Assembly: GCA_030770535.1 (NCBI GenBank)
Contig: JASVEC010000023.1
Span: forward strand, 620,001-684,000
Direction of reading: 5' to 3'
Length of the DNA stretch: 64,000 nucleotides
Source of the DNA: Batkoa obscura
Lineage: Eukaryota
A program made the translations under genes and the position numbers. Below are positions 1-11,372 of the stretch, piece after piece; position 1 is the stretch's first letter, and every line of letters starts with the position of its first letter. Under the pieces are notes generated by a model. It saw only the letters and a program-made list of their open reading frames with translations, was not told the origin of the DNA and searched no databases.

Positions 1-2130
1 TAAATGATGATAAATCAATTTAGTTAAAAAATGATGTTTTGGTGAAGAATAAGAAAATATATTAAGACCACTATTAATTAAACCTAATATTAATTTTGGA
101 TCCCCTAAGCTTTCTGAATATTTACCGATCACTTGATAATGAAAAGCATATAATTGTTGAGCTAATTCCTGTGGATCCATTTTCAAAAATACGGAAGGTG
201 TTAAACCAGTTTTTATTAAAGATGATAAGTTGTTTTGATTAACTTCCGCTATTCCTGGATCTGTTGGATTTGGGCTATCTAATACTTCATTTTGTAAATG
301 TTCAAATTTGGTTTTTAAATTGGTATAAATTGATAATAAATTAAATCTTGATTCAATTGATATTAAATTTTGTTTTATGAAACTTTCTAGATTAATAAAT
401 GTATCTTCACAAATAATAAAGGAACTTAATGATAACCAAGCAGCAATAAATTCAGCAATTCTTAAATTAATTTCTTGATCTTCACTTGTGAAATCAACTT
501 CATTTCTTGGAAGTAATTCTCTATAATGTTTTAACATATCCAATATAGCTGATGAAGTAGTGAATAAAGGATAAGTGAATAAAAATACTTCACGGTAATT
601 CGTTCCATTTTTATATGTTTTGGATGCAAAAATAGCTTCATGAATAAGTGCGTCAACGGTTCCAGATTCTATAATAAATCTAGATAAACTATGAGCATTT
701 TCTGATGCACAATTAAAGAGTAATTCTGGATGTGAATCTAAAGTAGAAATTTGTTTCGATTGGTTAGGATCGACAGTTGATAATGCTTCTGAAGTAAAGG
801 ATGCACCATCGCCTCTAGAAAATGAAGAATTCATTTCATTCATCATACTTTCATCTGGTAAAGACATTGGAAGTACTTCAGAAGCTGGTAGTTCTTTTGA
901 AGCAGATAAACGAGACGTCCATGCTAATTTAGATTCTGAATTTGGAGCTACAAAAAGTCTAGTTGTCCTTACTTTATCTAAAATAAAAAGTTGGAAAGCT
1001 TGGACTTTTCCTGATGCTAATGGGGTAGAATAATCGTTTTGTGGAGTAAGTGTAGATATCGATGAGGCGGAAGAATTAGTATGACTAAACATTGGATTAC
1101 GACTAGAACCGTTACCTGTATTAAATACTGTCGATGAAGCATCAATGACGTCACAATCCTTCAATTTGTACGTTGCATGATGTTTCCATTTTGTAAATGA
1201 ACCTTTACTAGGATCCATCTCTTCATTTAAATTTCCAGGACTACCAATTTTTAAAGCATCATTAACCGCATTAAAAATACTCGTACGATTGTTACGAATC
1301 CATCGTCTTTTAAATACCATTAAAAGTTCATCAAATATAAGTAAACAGGTATATCGTTTAAATTTAAAATGCAAAACATCCACCTCGGTAAAAATATCAC
1401 CATAAACATATTTTTCTGATAGTGGCTTAGAAGTCCTTGTTGATGAAAATAGGAGTGATCTTGCATTAGAATCGAATGTGGCGGGAATTAAGGGCATACC
1501 AGTGGACGAAGGACTCCTTGAAGTTTTCGAAAAGACACTTGATGGGGAGGAAGATAGAGGGGAACTAGAACCAAGGCTACTAGTTGAAAAAGCAATTGAA
1601 TTACGTACTTCCGCTTCGGTCGGTGGTTTATAAAATGAAAGTTTAGCACCAAGTAAAGTAACATAGTATAATTTCCAGCTTCTCGTTAATGTATTAGTAA
1701 CTGAACCAGGTATCATATCCACCTTTTTATTTAAGTAACCTTCTTTAATGATTGATGTTGAACTTTCATGTTTATTTTTACTTGTTAATTTTGCTAATGT
1801 ATTTTCTTCGGCATTCGAGCTAATAGAATTAAGGCTTTCCAAGCTATAATTGGCGTTTCCAAGTTTAATTGCTAAATTGGATTGACCACTTGAAAAAGAG
1901 CGATCGGCATATTGAACGCCATTAAAGGTGTTTACGGAAGAAGTTGAATTTTTGCGGTTATAACTCAACTCACCTTCTTCTGGTAAGTCTTCCAATCTTG
2001 ACATATGACCGTTTGGACTTTTTCCGAACATTGAGTTTAACGATTGGGAACCAAATACGGTATGTGGACGGGAATTGTGAGTATTATTACCTTTTGGTTG
2101 CCTCCTATTGGTAACATTATAAGCGGTCAT
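1..2130 (-). CDS. PH-domain + RasGEF_N (REM) + RasGEF protein, 3'-truncated by the window edge (absent from the ORF track)
   Basis: Frame from ATG 2130 is in phase with the open frame at position 1. PH motif IIKEGYLNKK...RSWKLYYVTLLGAKLSFYK; REM-like IESGTVDALIHEAIF...YREVFLFTYPLF; CDC25-like start MDPQELAQQLYAFH. Confidence 0.8.
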   Translation of the reverse strand, partial: MTAYNVTNRRQPKGNNTHNSRPHTVFGSQSLNSMFGKSPNGHMSRLEDLPEEGELSYNRKNSTSSVNTFNGVQYADRSFSSGQSNLAIKLGNANYSLESLNSISSNAEENTLAKLTSKNKHESSTSIIKEGYLNKKVDMIPGSVTNTLTRSWKLYYVTLLGAKLSFYKPPTEAEVRNSIAFSTSSLGSSSPLSSSPSSVFSKTSRSPSSTGMPLIPATFDSNARSLLFSSTRTSKPLSEKYVYGDIFTEVDVLHFKFKRYTCLLIFDELLMVFKRRWIRNNRTSIFNAVNDALKIGSPGNLNEEMDPSKGSFTKWKHHATYKLKDCDVIDASSTVFNTGNGSSRNPMFSHTNSSASSISTLTPQNDYSTPLASGKVQAFQLFILDKVRTTRLFVAPNSESKLAWTSRLSASKELPASEVLPMSLPDESMMNEMNSSFSRGDGASFTSEALSTVDPNQSKQISTLDSHPELLFNCASENAHSLSRFIIESGTVDALIHEAIFASKTYKNGTNYREVFLFTYPLFTTSSAILDMLKHYRELLPRNEVDFTSEDQEINLRIAEFIAAWLSLSSFIICEDTFINLESFIKQNLISIESRFNLLSIYTNLKTKFEHLQNEVLDSPNPTDPGIAEVNQNNLSSLIKTGLTPSVFLKMDPQELAQQLYAFHYQVIGKYSESLGDPKLILGLINSGLNIFSYSSPKHHFLTKLIYHHL

Positions 2131-3209
2131 ATTATTCCATAAAATAATTAAGAGTTAAAAAAATATTAATTTAAAAGCAATTAGTAAAATTTGAAATAAA
2201 AAATGATTTTTAATTGGTATCAAACTGCAAATTATTGGAGTCAAAAGTGGCACATCTTATTCATTAACATATTTACTATGAATTTAAAAATTTCTCTAAT
2301 TGGAAGTTAGAACCAATCAATTAAATTAATAACATAGATTTTGGCATATTAGTGGATTATTTTCATTATGGAACCAATGTTATTTCCGTTACACAGTGAA
2401 CATGATGATGATTGGTGTAAAATCGACCTATGATTCCTATTTAAACTTAACCACATATCTATAATTTTATTCAAAACTATTAGGATTTCTAAAACATATT
2501 AAATTTAAATTGAACATGAATTTAATGTCTATTAAATATTTACTAGTATTGGAATGCTATTAAAATGCTATCAAATATGTAATTTTATCTTTGTTTTAAT
2601 TTTTTATTTTTACTACTCAGGAAGATAAGATCATGAGATAAATAAACCGATATTCATTAAAAAAATTCAATATAAACTATTATTTTATATATTTTTATCA
2701 AATTATATAATTTGCATGGTTTGAAACCTGGGAATATTTAAGCATAGCTTTAAATATAGACAGAAATAAAACAATAGTGAAAAGTAAAGTGTAATTAACA
2801 ATTCGGCTTTTATCGACACCTCTTAATTTTATTATTCTGCAGCTTCTATTCACTTTAAACTTAGCCATTGTCTATGAACTAACTTAAATTAAATTTATAA
2901 AAGTTATTGACTTGTTTTTTTAACTATAAAGAGTTAATTTAAAATCGTTGAACGGATTTTTTATAATTAGCTACTTTTGGTAGTTTTTGAAGAGTAAGCA
3001 GTTTACATATCTTCCCCATTATTTCTTTTATTTTTGTTTTTGTTTTAATAGAATCTAGATTTTGTAACATATTTATTACAACATCATTATTATTATAAAT
3101 TGAATTTTATACCATTTTATTTAGTTCTATTATTAGTGCAATATTAAAATAATATTGTAAAATTAACAATTACTTAAATAAAAACGCTATTTATTATAGA
3201 AAGATACAA

Positions 3210-3707
3210 CTAATTGATAATAAAACTTATTGTTGGACTTTTATATGAGTAAAATTCGGATTGCTCCTTATTTATTAGATGGGATTCGTCAGTTTTGATT
3301 AAACTTAATAGATCCATACTATGGATTTCACTACTCTTTTCTTCTGAGCTTGGCCTTGTATCACTAGTATAAACTCTCTCCTTATGCCTCCTTATTTCAT
3401 GTTTTTTTAAATCTTGTGGCCTTTTGAACTTTTTTGGACAATCCTAAATAAAAGATTAATAATTAAACTACAATATTAAAAGAAGAAAACTTACTCTACA
3501 CATATATGGTTTGTGATCCAAATGAATTTTGATATGAGAAATAATATGATCTCTTTTATGAAAAATAGAAGTACAATTTCTCCAATGACAATTTAAACAT
3601 AAATTTCGAGTAACTTTTCGGCCAATATGATGAACTACAAGATGAGCTTGTAATTCTTGAGCATCCCCAAATTGAATTTTACAATCATTCCATTCACAGA
3701 TATGCAT
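3210..3707 (-). CDS. pacC: PacC/Rim101-type three-finger C2H2 transcription factor, only 148 aa (exons 3707-3495 and 3443-3210)
   Basis: Fingers CEWNDC..HLVVHHIGRKVTRNLCLNCHWRNC..KRDHIISHIKIH, then across a GTAAGT..TAG intron KPYMCRDCPKKFKRPQDLKKHE, the PacC finger-3 signature. Confidence 0.85.
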
Positions 3708-3920
3708 TTTAATTTTGTATTTTATATTTTAATTTTGTAAATATCTGATTGAAAAGTAGTAGTATTTATATCGATTATTTAAAGTCATTTAATAAAGAAC
3801 ATTGTATAAATTCTTAGCCTTTTCTAGGCAATCATTAAAAATGAGAAAGTTGTTGGTATTTAAAAGGGAACTTGAGAGTATCAATTTCTTAAATTGATGC
3901 TTTAATTGAATATTAAATCT

Positions 3921-4486
3921 CTTGGCGAATTTAAATTAAAGAATAATAAGAATGGATATAAGGTAGTTAATAGGGATTTGAGCTTTATTAATTTGAATAT
4001 AAATTATAATTTCAAACACGCTACTATTTTGGTACCATTTATTCTCTTAAACGGAAACTAAATCTACCATTTGTCCTGCCAAGAAAATAGCCAAGGCTAG
4101 AAATCAAAAGTTCATTGCCAATTTAGAAATAATAAGCCAAACTAATGATGTGATATAATGAAGATTGAAAAAAGATCCGAAGAAGGGATAACAAAAGTTA
4201 ATATGATTTTACAAATAGTTCTTTTTTTAAGAAAAACAAGTCAAAAAAATCATTTATTAAATATGAAGGTTATAGTAGTGTTTTTTTTTGAATATTTATA
4301 AGAATAATTAATTAATGAGATCGAGTATAGGACCTTTAAATCCTTGTTATTGAGGAGAGTCAACTAGTAGTAATGAATGCCAAGTATAACTATTATATAG
4401 ATCTTAAGATAATCATCATTTAAACAAAACAAAACAATATAGAAATGATTTAACTTAATATAGTTAGGGCAAGGTTTACAGCCAAG
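3921..4486. promoter_or_regulatory. Cluster of five PacC-type GCCAAG sites upstream of the pacC-like gene
   Basis: CTTGGC at 3921-3926; GCCAAG at 4078, 4090, 4379 and 4481. Confidence 0.65.
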
Positions 4487-4642
4487 CTATATTGATACCT
4501 TAATAAGAAATAGCATTTTTTAAGATTATGACTACAGTTTTTAAATATAAGCTATAACTTTCACAATAGTAATCTAGTCTTATAAGTTTTGTAGATAACT
4601 TTTACTTTAGTAGGTTATGGATAGTTGTAAACTAAACCATAT

Positions 4643-4741
4643 GAGGGTGTTTTTTTGTGTTTAAGAATTTTACTAACAATCTTTCCACTCAATTAGTACC
4701 TAAAAAATGGAAAAAATAATGAAATCAAAAAAAACACTCCC
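4643..4741 (+). mobile_element. MITE family A copy
   Basis: GAGGGTGTTTTT...AAAACACTCCC, conserved core TTAAGAATTTTACTAAC..TTTCCACTCAA..TGGAAAAA, ATAT TSD. Confidence 0.85.
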
Positions 4742-5492
4742 ATATATATTTTATTTATTTGACATGATTGGCAATCGGGCCCTTATTATTATCTCTACCT
4801 GCTTTAGTATAATAACAAATTGAATTTGTGTATAACTAATGGTATAAATGATGGTAAAAAATCTAACTGATAAGACAAAACTATTAAAAAATTATCTAAA
4901 ACTCATGTTTTTCACTTGTTTGTATATATATCGCTATTAAATTATTACTCTCATTTACTGCTGTTTATTTAATTTTGAAAGTTATTCGTTTTAGTCATAT
5001 TTCATCCTCTTATTAATTATTGCCTATGCTTTTTTCCATAAATTTTTTTATTAAGTTTTATCATAAGCTATATTATTCAGTAAAAGATAGACTTATGTAG
5101 TTAATCTCTTCATAATGCAAGAGATATTTGTATTCAAATATCTTATTTTTTATAGTAAAAGCCAAAAATGATAAAAAATTAAAAGTTTCGATTTTAGACA
5201 TTATTTCCCACTACATTAAGTTGGTAATTTGTTATTTCTTGGCTTTTTTCTAGAAATCTTCGATTGTTTTGGCTTTTGTTCTGTATTTGAAAAACTTGAT
5301 ATACAGTTTAGTTTATAGAATACTAGCTAATGAATATAAGGGATCTTTTAACGTTCCCCAACTTTTTATATGTTTTATTTTAAATTAGGGCATTAAATTA
5401 TCAACTGTCGTTGTATCCTGCCCATGAAGTTATATGAAAGAACGCTAATAATTTATTATTTTATTAGTAAAAATATATAGATCTGAACATAT

Positions 5493-5589
5493 GGGGGGAG
5501 TGTTTTTTTGTTTAAGAATTTTACTACAGTCTTTCCACCCAAATAGCGCTTAAAAAATGGAAAAATAATGAAACTAAAAAAACAGCCCC
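5493..5589 (+). mobile_element. MITE family A copy
   Basis: Same core, GGGG...CCCC ends, ATAT TSD. Confidence 0.85.
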
Positions 5590-5624
5590 ATATAAATTGA
5601 GATTATTTTAGAAAAAGCACTCAC

Positions 5625-7080
5625 TCACTTTAGATTTAACAAAAAAAATTTATGAAATAAAGTCATCTGGCCAACAGTGTTTCCGTTTTGTAGAATACAA
5701 TCATAATCCCCAGTATTACTGTTTAATATTCTTACATTGTTAAATCTTAGTTCCCTCAGATGAGATACAAATTCAACAGCTTGTTCCAAATTGGCTACAA
5801 TATTTTGCTTGTAATCAATTGACAAATAATTAGCCAATTGGTTATGACTCATCATATTTAAGGGCTGCTTTGAAACAAGTTGATGTGATACTTTTTTTCA
5901 TTTATATACATTATTCCCAAAAGTTAATATAATATATTTATCCTTGTATCCTTCAGATTCCTTAACTAATAAAGGAATGTCAAATATATCATCAACAGGA
6001 ATAACGCTTCTGATTTATTTGATTTGATTCAATTGTTTAATACTATTAGTATAACTACTAGCATCCAATACCATTGAAGCACTTAAATAATCATCAACAG
6101 AATGACTTCCTAAATAAATTTCACTAAATTTCTTTAAGCTAAGCGCAACATTAGTGGACCCATTTAACAAGTCTTTCAAGTGATCAGAATGCTTAATACT
6201 AGATTCTTCATCTTTTTCACCTAATTTGTGACGTAAAACAGTGGTAGTTTTATTCTTTTAAGCTAATTCATAGGCCGTACTTAAACTTAGTTGAACATTT
6301 TTAGTAATCCAGGCACCATCTAATACTCAAATTAACAAGAATGAACCCTTGACGTCTAGTTTTGCAGGAACCATCTTATAAAGGTTGTTTTAATCCGAAT
6401 CGTATTTATATTCTAAAGTAACAATGAGTTCTACATGTGTTCTTCAAGTTAAATTGCCTTTTATCATCCTATCACACACACTATTAATCGAAGTGGTCCA
6501 TAATGTAGATAATAAAATACCTTTTGGATTTATTTTTAAATCTAATTACTAAAATTCAATTATTATGCTTTTGTAATTAAGAGTATTAATATATCAATGA
6601 ACACACTTTTATCCTCTTTGATAATTTTACTATCATAAAGCTTTAACAAGTCACTACAACCTTTTAATAATTTCGTCCTTTGAGCCCCCTTCCTCTGAAA
6701 TTTATCCTTAGTGTTCTTCAATTTGACCAAAGCACCTTTGGTTTTCAAATTTATAATAAAAATATAGCACTTTCAACATATCATGTTTATCTCAAGGAAA
6801 AAGCCTTAAAATAAGTAAGAGTTGATGATAAGGAAGGCTTTGGTCTGGCCAAAGAAGCATCTATTATCCATCAAAGAACTGGAGTTTATATTATCTGTTA
6901 AAGTAAGGGAAATTCCGATTTACACATTACAGTATTCCTATATCTTCTAAATCTTCTAAATCTTCTAAACTTTATTTAGATGTTTTACATATTAATGTTA
7001 TTCAGATTCATAAACTGTCTTTAATAAATCAAACCGTCTGATATACATAAATAATAAAAAAGTGATAAAAAGAATGCATT
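5625..7080 (-). pseudogene. Decayed ORF of unknown family (copy 1)
   Basis: Protein-like frames broken by stops and frameshifts (GILLSTLWTTSIN..., VLRHKLGEKDEESSIKHSDHLKDLL, LEQAVEFVSHLRELRFN) that align with the 7500-9240 remnant. 5' limit approximate. Confidence 0.6.
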
Positions 7081-7389
7081 CTTAATAGAAAAAGGTGAAC
7101 TACTTTTATACCCGAAGTTCAATCTAAAGTCTGGAGATAGACTGGTTACTTAAAACCCGTATTTGGACTTGTGGTATATGAGATTAAACTCTTTGTAGAA
7201 AACATTTTGCATTCAGTTACTAGAGTTTTATACGAAAAGAGGATTTCATTACATTTGTAGTACAATAGGATGTTGGTTATAATGGATTTTTTTCAATAAA
7301 CTAAAATCGGAAAAAAGTTGAACCTTAGGTTTAAATTTACCCACTTTAAATAGCTAGATATTTCGAGTTGAAAAATAAAATGATAATAT

Positions 7390-7488
7390 GAGGATGTATT
7401 TTTATGTTTAATAGTTTTACTAACAATTTTTCCGCTCAAATGGCGTCTAAAAGATAAAAAAAGTGATAAAGCCAAAAAAACATCACCC
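7390..7488 (+). mobile_element. MITE family A copy
   Basis: GAGGATGTATTTTT...CATCACCC, ATAT TSD. Confidence 0.85.
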
Positions 7489-8209
7489 ATATGATAGTTT
7501 ATAAACCAAATTCTATATAAACTTGGAATTTAAACAAAAATATACTTTTTTTATAAATTTTTTAGCAAAAGTGTTATTGAGCATATACAAAACAAAGTCA
7601 ATAGAATTACAACAATACTAATAAGTGTAATGAGTCCCAATATAAGGTAACTAGATATAAAATTAAACATAAAATTTGCTTATATTATATTATCAACACT
7701 ATGTATCACTTCAATAATAACATGAGAAATATAGTAAACAATTACTTAATGCTGGAAATCCATGTAGGATTATCTGTTTATCAAAATAGAATCACTATGG
7801 TAATTAATATAATTATTGTCATTTGATTGCTTCAAAACTAAACATTAAGTGTTATCTATTAGCAGATTAGTTAAAAGGAGTTGTTTGAGGTAATGAGGGG
7901 GATTGAACAGAGCATGAAGATGGCTTATAGGTCCATCAAAGAAAATACTACTCTTTATATTTTACGTCATGGATCAAGTCAAAGAAACTAAACATCGAAC
8001 ATAAGTATTCAATTCATTTGGAAGATTTATTGAGCCAAGTTACAAATATTATACTAGTCCATATAGATACAATAAGGTTTGTTTAAGCACTGATTACGTT
8101 GGCAACTATTTACTGTATTTTTTCAAGAAAAATAAGTTGATAATCTGAAGGAGATAACACAAAGATAGAGGCTATAGCTAGAAAAAACACCAAAATTTTT
8201 AGACAATGT

Positions 8210-8405
8210 GAAGATGTATTTTTTTGAAGAATCTTACTAATGGTTATTCCACTCGGATAGCGCTTGGAAAATGGAAAAAGTGGTGAGACTAAAAAACATT
8301 ACTATATGGGAATGTATTTAAGGATTTAAGAATTTTACTAACAATTTTTCCACTCAAATAGCGCTTAAAAGATAGAAAAAGTGATGAAATCAAAAAAACA
8401 TACTC
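8210..8405 (+). mobile_element. Tandem dimer of MITE family A (8210-8303 and 8308-8405)
   Basis: Two copies separated by a single ATAT at 8304-8307. Confidence 0.8.
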
Positions 8406-8434
8406 ATATACTTATCCAAATGTTAAGTTGGTTC

Positions 8435-8549
8435 TTATATGCTGATAAATTTGATAGTTTTATCAATTAAATGCTCCTATGCAGTTATAGCTTTACTAAT
8501 CACATAACAACATTTAATTGATGAAACTATCAAATTTAGCAGAATATAA
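8435..8549. repeat. Foldback inverted repeat, ~39-bp arms
   Basis: TTATATGCTGATAAATTTGATAGTTTTATCAATTAAATG versus the reverse complement of the right arm: 3 mismatches. Confidence 0.8.
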
Positions 8550-9316
8550 TTTCCTATATATACAACTCCTTTTGTCCAAGAGAAAGCGACTTAATTAAGA
8601 GGAGGTTTGTACATGAGAGGAGGGCTATAGTTAAAAAAAGGAAAATAAAAAGAAATAGTTGTCTTTTTGAATTTTCTCAGCATTTTTTACTCAATGTCAC
8701 TTAAAAGTGGAGAAGTGGTGAAAGTAAAAAAAGCCCCTAAATATTTTCATCAAAAGTGTCTAAGGAAGCTTACATAAGTTGGAGCCTATAAGAAGAAAAA
8801 TATGGTAAATCTGTTATCTACTTTAAAGATATGAAATACTAATCGCTATACTGGTGATAGTATAAACTAGTTCAAATAAAAAAATTAAAAAAGGAATTTA
8901 TTGATTGTATATTTAAAATTTTACATTGACTGATGTATATACTGTACCAATGGTTTGAGATAATTTAAATGCATGAAAGAAAGTACTAATTGTATTTGTT
9001 TAAAAAAGGAGCTCAAAGCATATGAATTATAATTGATTATCTAATTATATTTGCAAATCTTAGACAATATACTTTAGTAGATTTTGAACAAGCATATAAA
9101 TTTCCCGCTCATTTAAAAGAATTGAGGTGTAATATTGTTCAAGCAGTAAGTGGTGAAATTGACAATCATAACAATGTTCTTGAAAACATCAACGTCACTG
9201 ACCAGATTTCTAACTTTATTTCTCATTATTTACTATTTTTAAATAAAATGTGGTTATAATTATTTTAAATATAATAAAAATTACTACTATTAATTCAATC
9301 TAAACAAGGATTTTGC

Positions 9317-9410
9317 TGTAACTTGAAGTTATTACAATCTAAACACAGTTAGTGATTATGACTTATTCTAATTACATAGTTATGTTTAGATTGTGACAAC
9401 TTCAAATTAT
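9317..9410. repeat. Foldback inverted repeat, ~28-bp arms
   Basis: GTAACTTGAAGTTATTACAATCTAAACA ... TGTTTAGATTGTGACAACTTCAAATTAT. Confidence 0.7.
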
Positions 9411-9486
9411 AAAAAAAACACGTTTATTTTAAACTCGTAGTATATTTAAAAACCACAGAACTCATTGCTATTTAAAATTTAACTAT

Positions 9487-9579
9487 GAGTATGTTTTTTG
9501 GTTTCATTACTTTTTCTATTTTTAGATGCTATTGAGTTGAAAAATGTTGATAAAATTCCCAAACAAAAAAGATACCCAC
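9487..9579 (-). mobile_element. MITE family A copy (diverged)
   Basis: Reverse-oriented core; flanks CTAT/ATAT. Confidence 0.7.
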
Positions 9580-11372
9580 ATATCTATATTAATTATATAA
9601 GAACATTTGTTGCTAATTTATTTTGAAAGTCTAAAATTTTAAATATTAAACATACATATTTATTTTATAGATGATCTTTAATACATTTTCCACCTTACTT
9701 GATACTTTAAAATAGTAGTGATAGTAAGATATTATATATCGGCCACTAACTATGCTAGGATTAGTATACTATCATTTTAGTATAGTAAAAAAAGTTTAGT
9801 GTAAAATAAAGATGAAAATAAATACATGATTTGTAGATTGATTCGCTTTACCTTTCCCTAAACATCATTGTATATCTTTTACTCTACTTCAATAGCCTTT
9901 TTAATCTTATTTGATTTTATAGATTAAATAAAACCATTGTGACCTTAAACTCGGGTATTTGATCATTCTAGTAAACTATCGATTTTATAATTCGAGTACA
10001 AAAGCTATCACGCTTTTAAATAAAATTTAATACTTTTTTCCCTTACATAAAGGGTTTAACATTGATTTTTTTAGCACTAAAATAGCTTATTTGAATATTG
10101 GAATAGCATTTTGGGATGATTTTGTTTATTCTGTGTAACATCTAAAATTGCTTTAAATATTCCTTTTTTGATTTATTGAAAATTTTAAACTCATATTGTA
10201 TAAAATGGCCGTTGGAAAAGTGGATGATTTTATGAATCTGTGTTATAATGTCTTTAATTTGGAACCGCTTAATATAAACCGTAACTTAATTTAAATTAAG
10301 AAACATATACTATCGAAAGCTCTAACTTTAATAAGCTTAATAACGACAAAACCAGTGGTATATTGTGTCTTTCTTTATACTATACTAAAGCTCTAAAGAA
10401 TCAAATAACATAAAACAAATTATACTAAATAAAACATGATAATAATGATAATTTACTTGTTTTTGAGCTATAATACTTTGACTTTATATTCTAAAATATC
10501 AGTTTATCATTTATAAAAAATTTACCTTATAGAATACATATATAGATTTGAAGCTCCTCTAGTTTGTGCCATTTAATCCGCACTTTAGAATATGTAGTGA
10601 TCTTGGTTAATTTGTGTGGTGTTTATCAATCAATATAATAAAGATAAAATATTTCCGAATCCCTTCATGTACAAAGTTGGTAAAACTAAAATATTTCCGA
10701 GTCTTTCTGTATATAGCGTTGATGAAAAATAGTCTTGTGTCTCCTAATTAAGTTGGATAACTGTTAGTTGATCTATTTTAAAAGAAGACATCCATGTAAA
10801 ATATCACTCCCTACTTTTTCCTACGCCCTAGATCATAAGAAAGGTAAAGCAATTGAAATTTAAGATTTACATTAAATCAAAAGTAACCTGGTAAAAATTT
10901 AAGAAAATAAAATTATAATGAATAAAGTATACTTTTTTTAAAGAATAAACTTTAAAAATAGTGCGATTTGATAGAAAATAAGTAGTTTTTATTGATTTGT
11001 GTTAAGCACCAAATTAATTAACCATTTTATATAGTATCAATTCAAATAAGTATAAGGTTAAAGAATAAAACATGGATGTCAAGAATATGATGTTAAAACT
11101 CGTTTACTGTTATCTATGAATTATATTGCACAATATCATTTACGAAGGCACCATCGGGTTAAGAGATATAGAATTAAATGCTTATTAGTCATATTAATAA
11201 TCGTTATACTGCAAACCTAACTATATTCAAATACGTATAAAATAAAAAAGGAAACAGCATAGATATAAAATATCTATTTTGGATTTCAAACTTAAAAGAG
11301 ATTATATTTTAATTAATATGACTACATAGCAACCCTTCTAAAAAAATTAAAAAACAAGGATTATTTAAAAGA

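Larger units (their letters stand above)
7500..9240 (+). pseudogene. Decayed ORF of unknown family (copy 2), interrupted by MITEs and a hairpin
   Basis: YIILSTLCITSI, ILRHGSSQ..KYSIHLEDLLSQVTN and FEQAYKFPAHLKELRCN are collinear with copy 1. Confidence 0.55.

Noticed and set aside
7293..7490. Short ORFs 7293-7490, 25426-25653 and 60875-61072 with similar peptides (RxLSGKIV)
   Set aside because: The similarity is translated MITE sequence; the last ORF also overlaps a tRNA.
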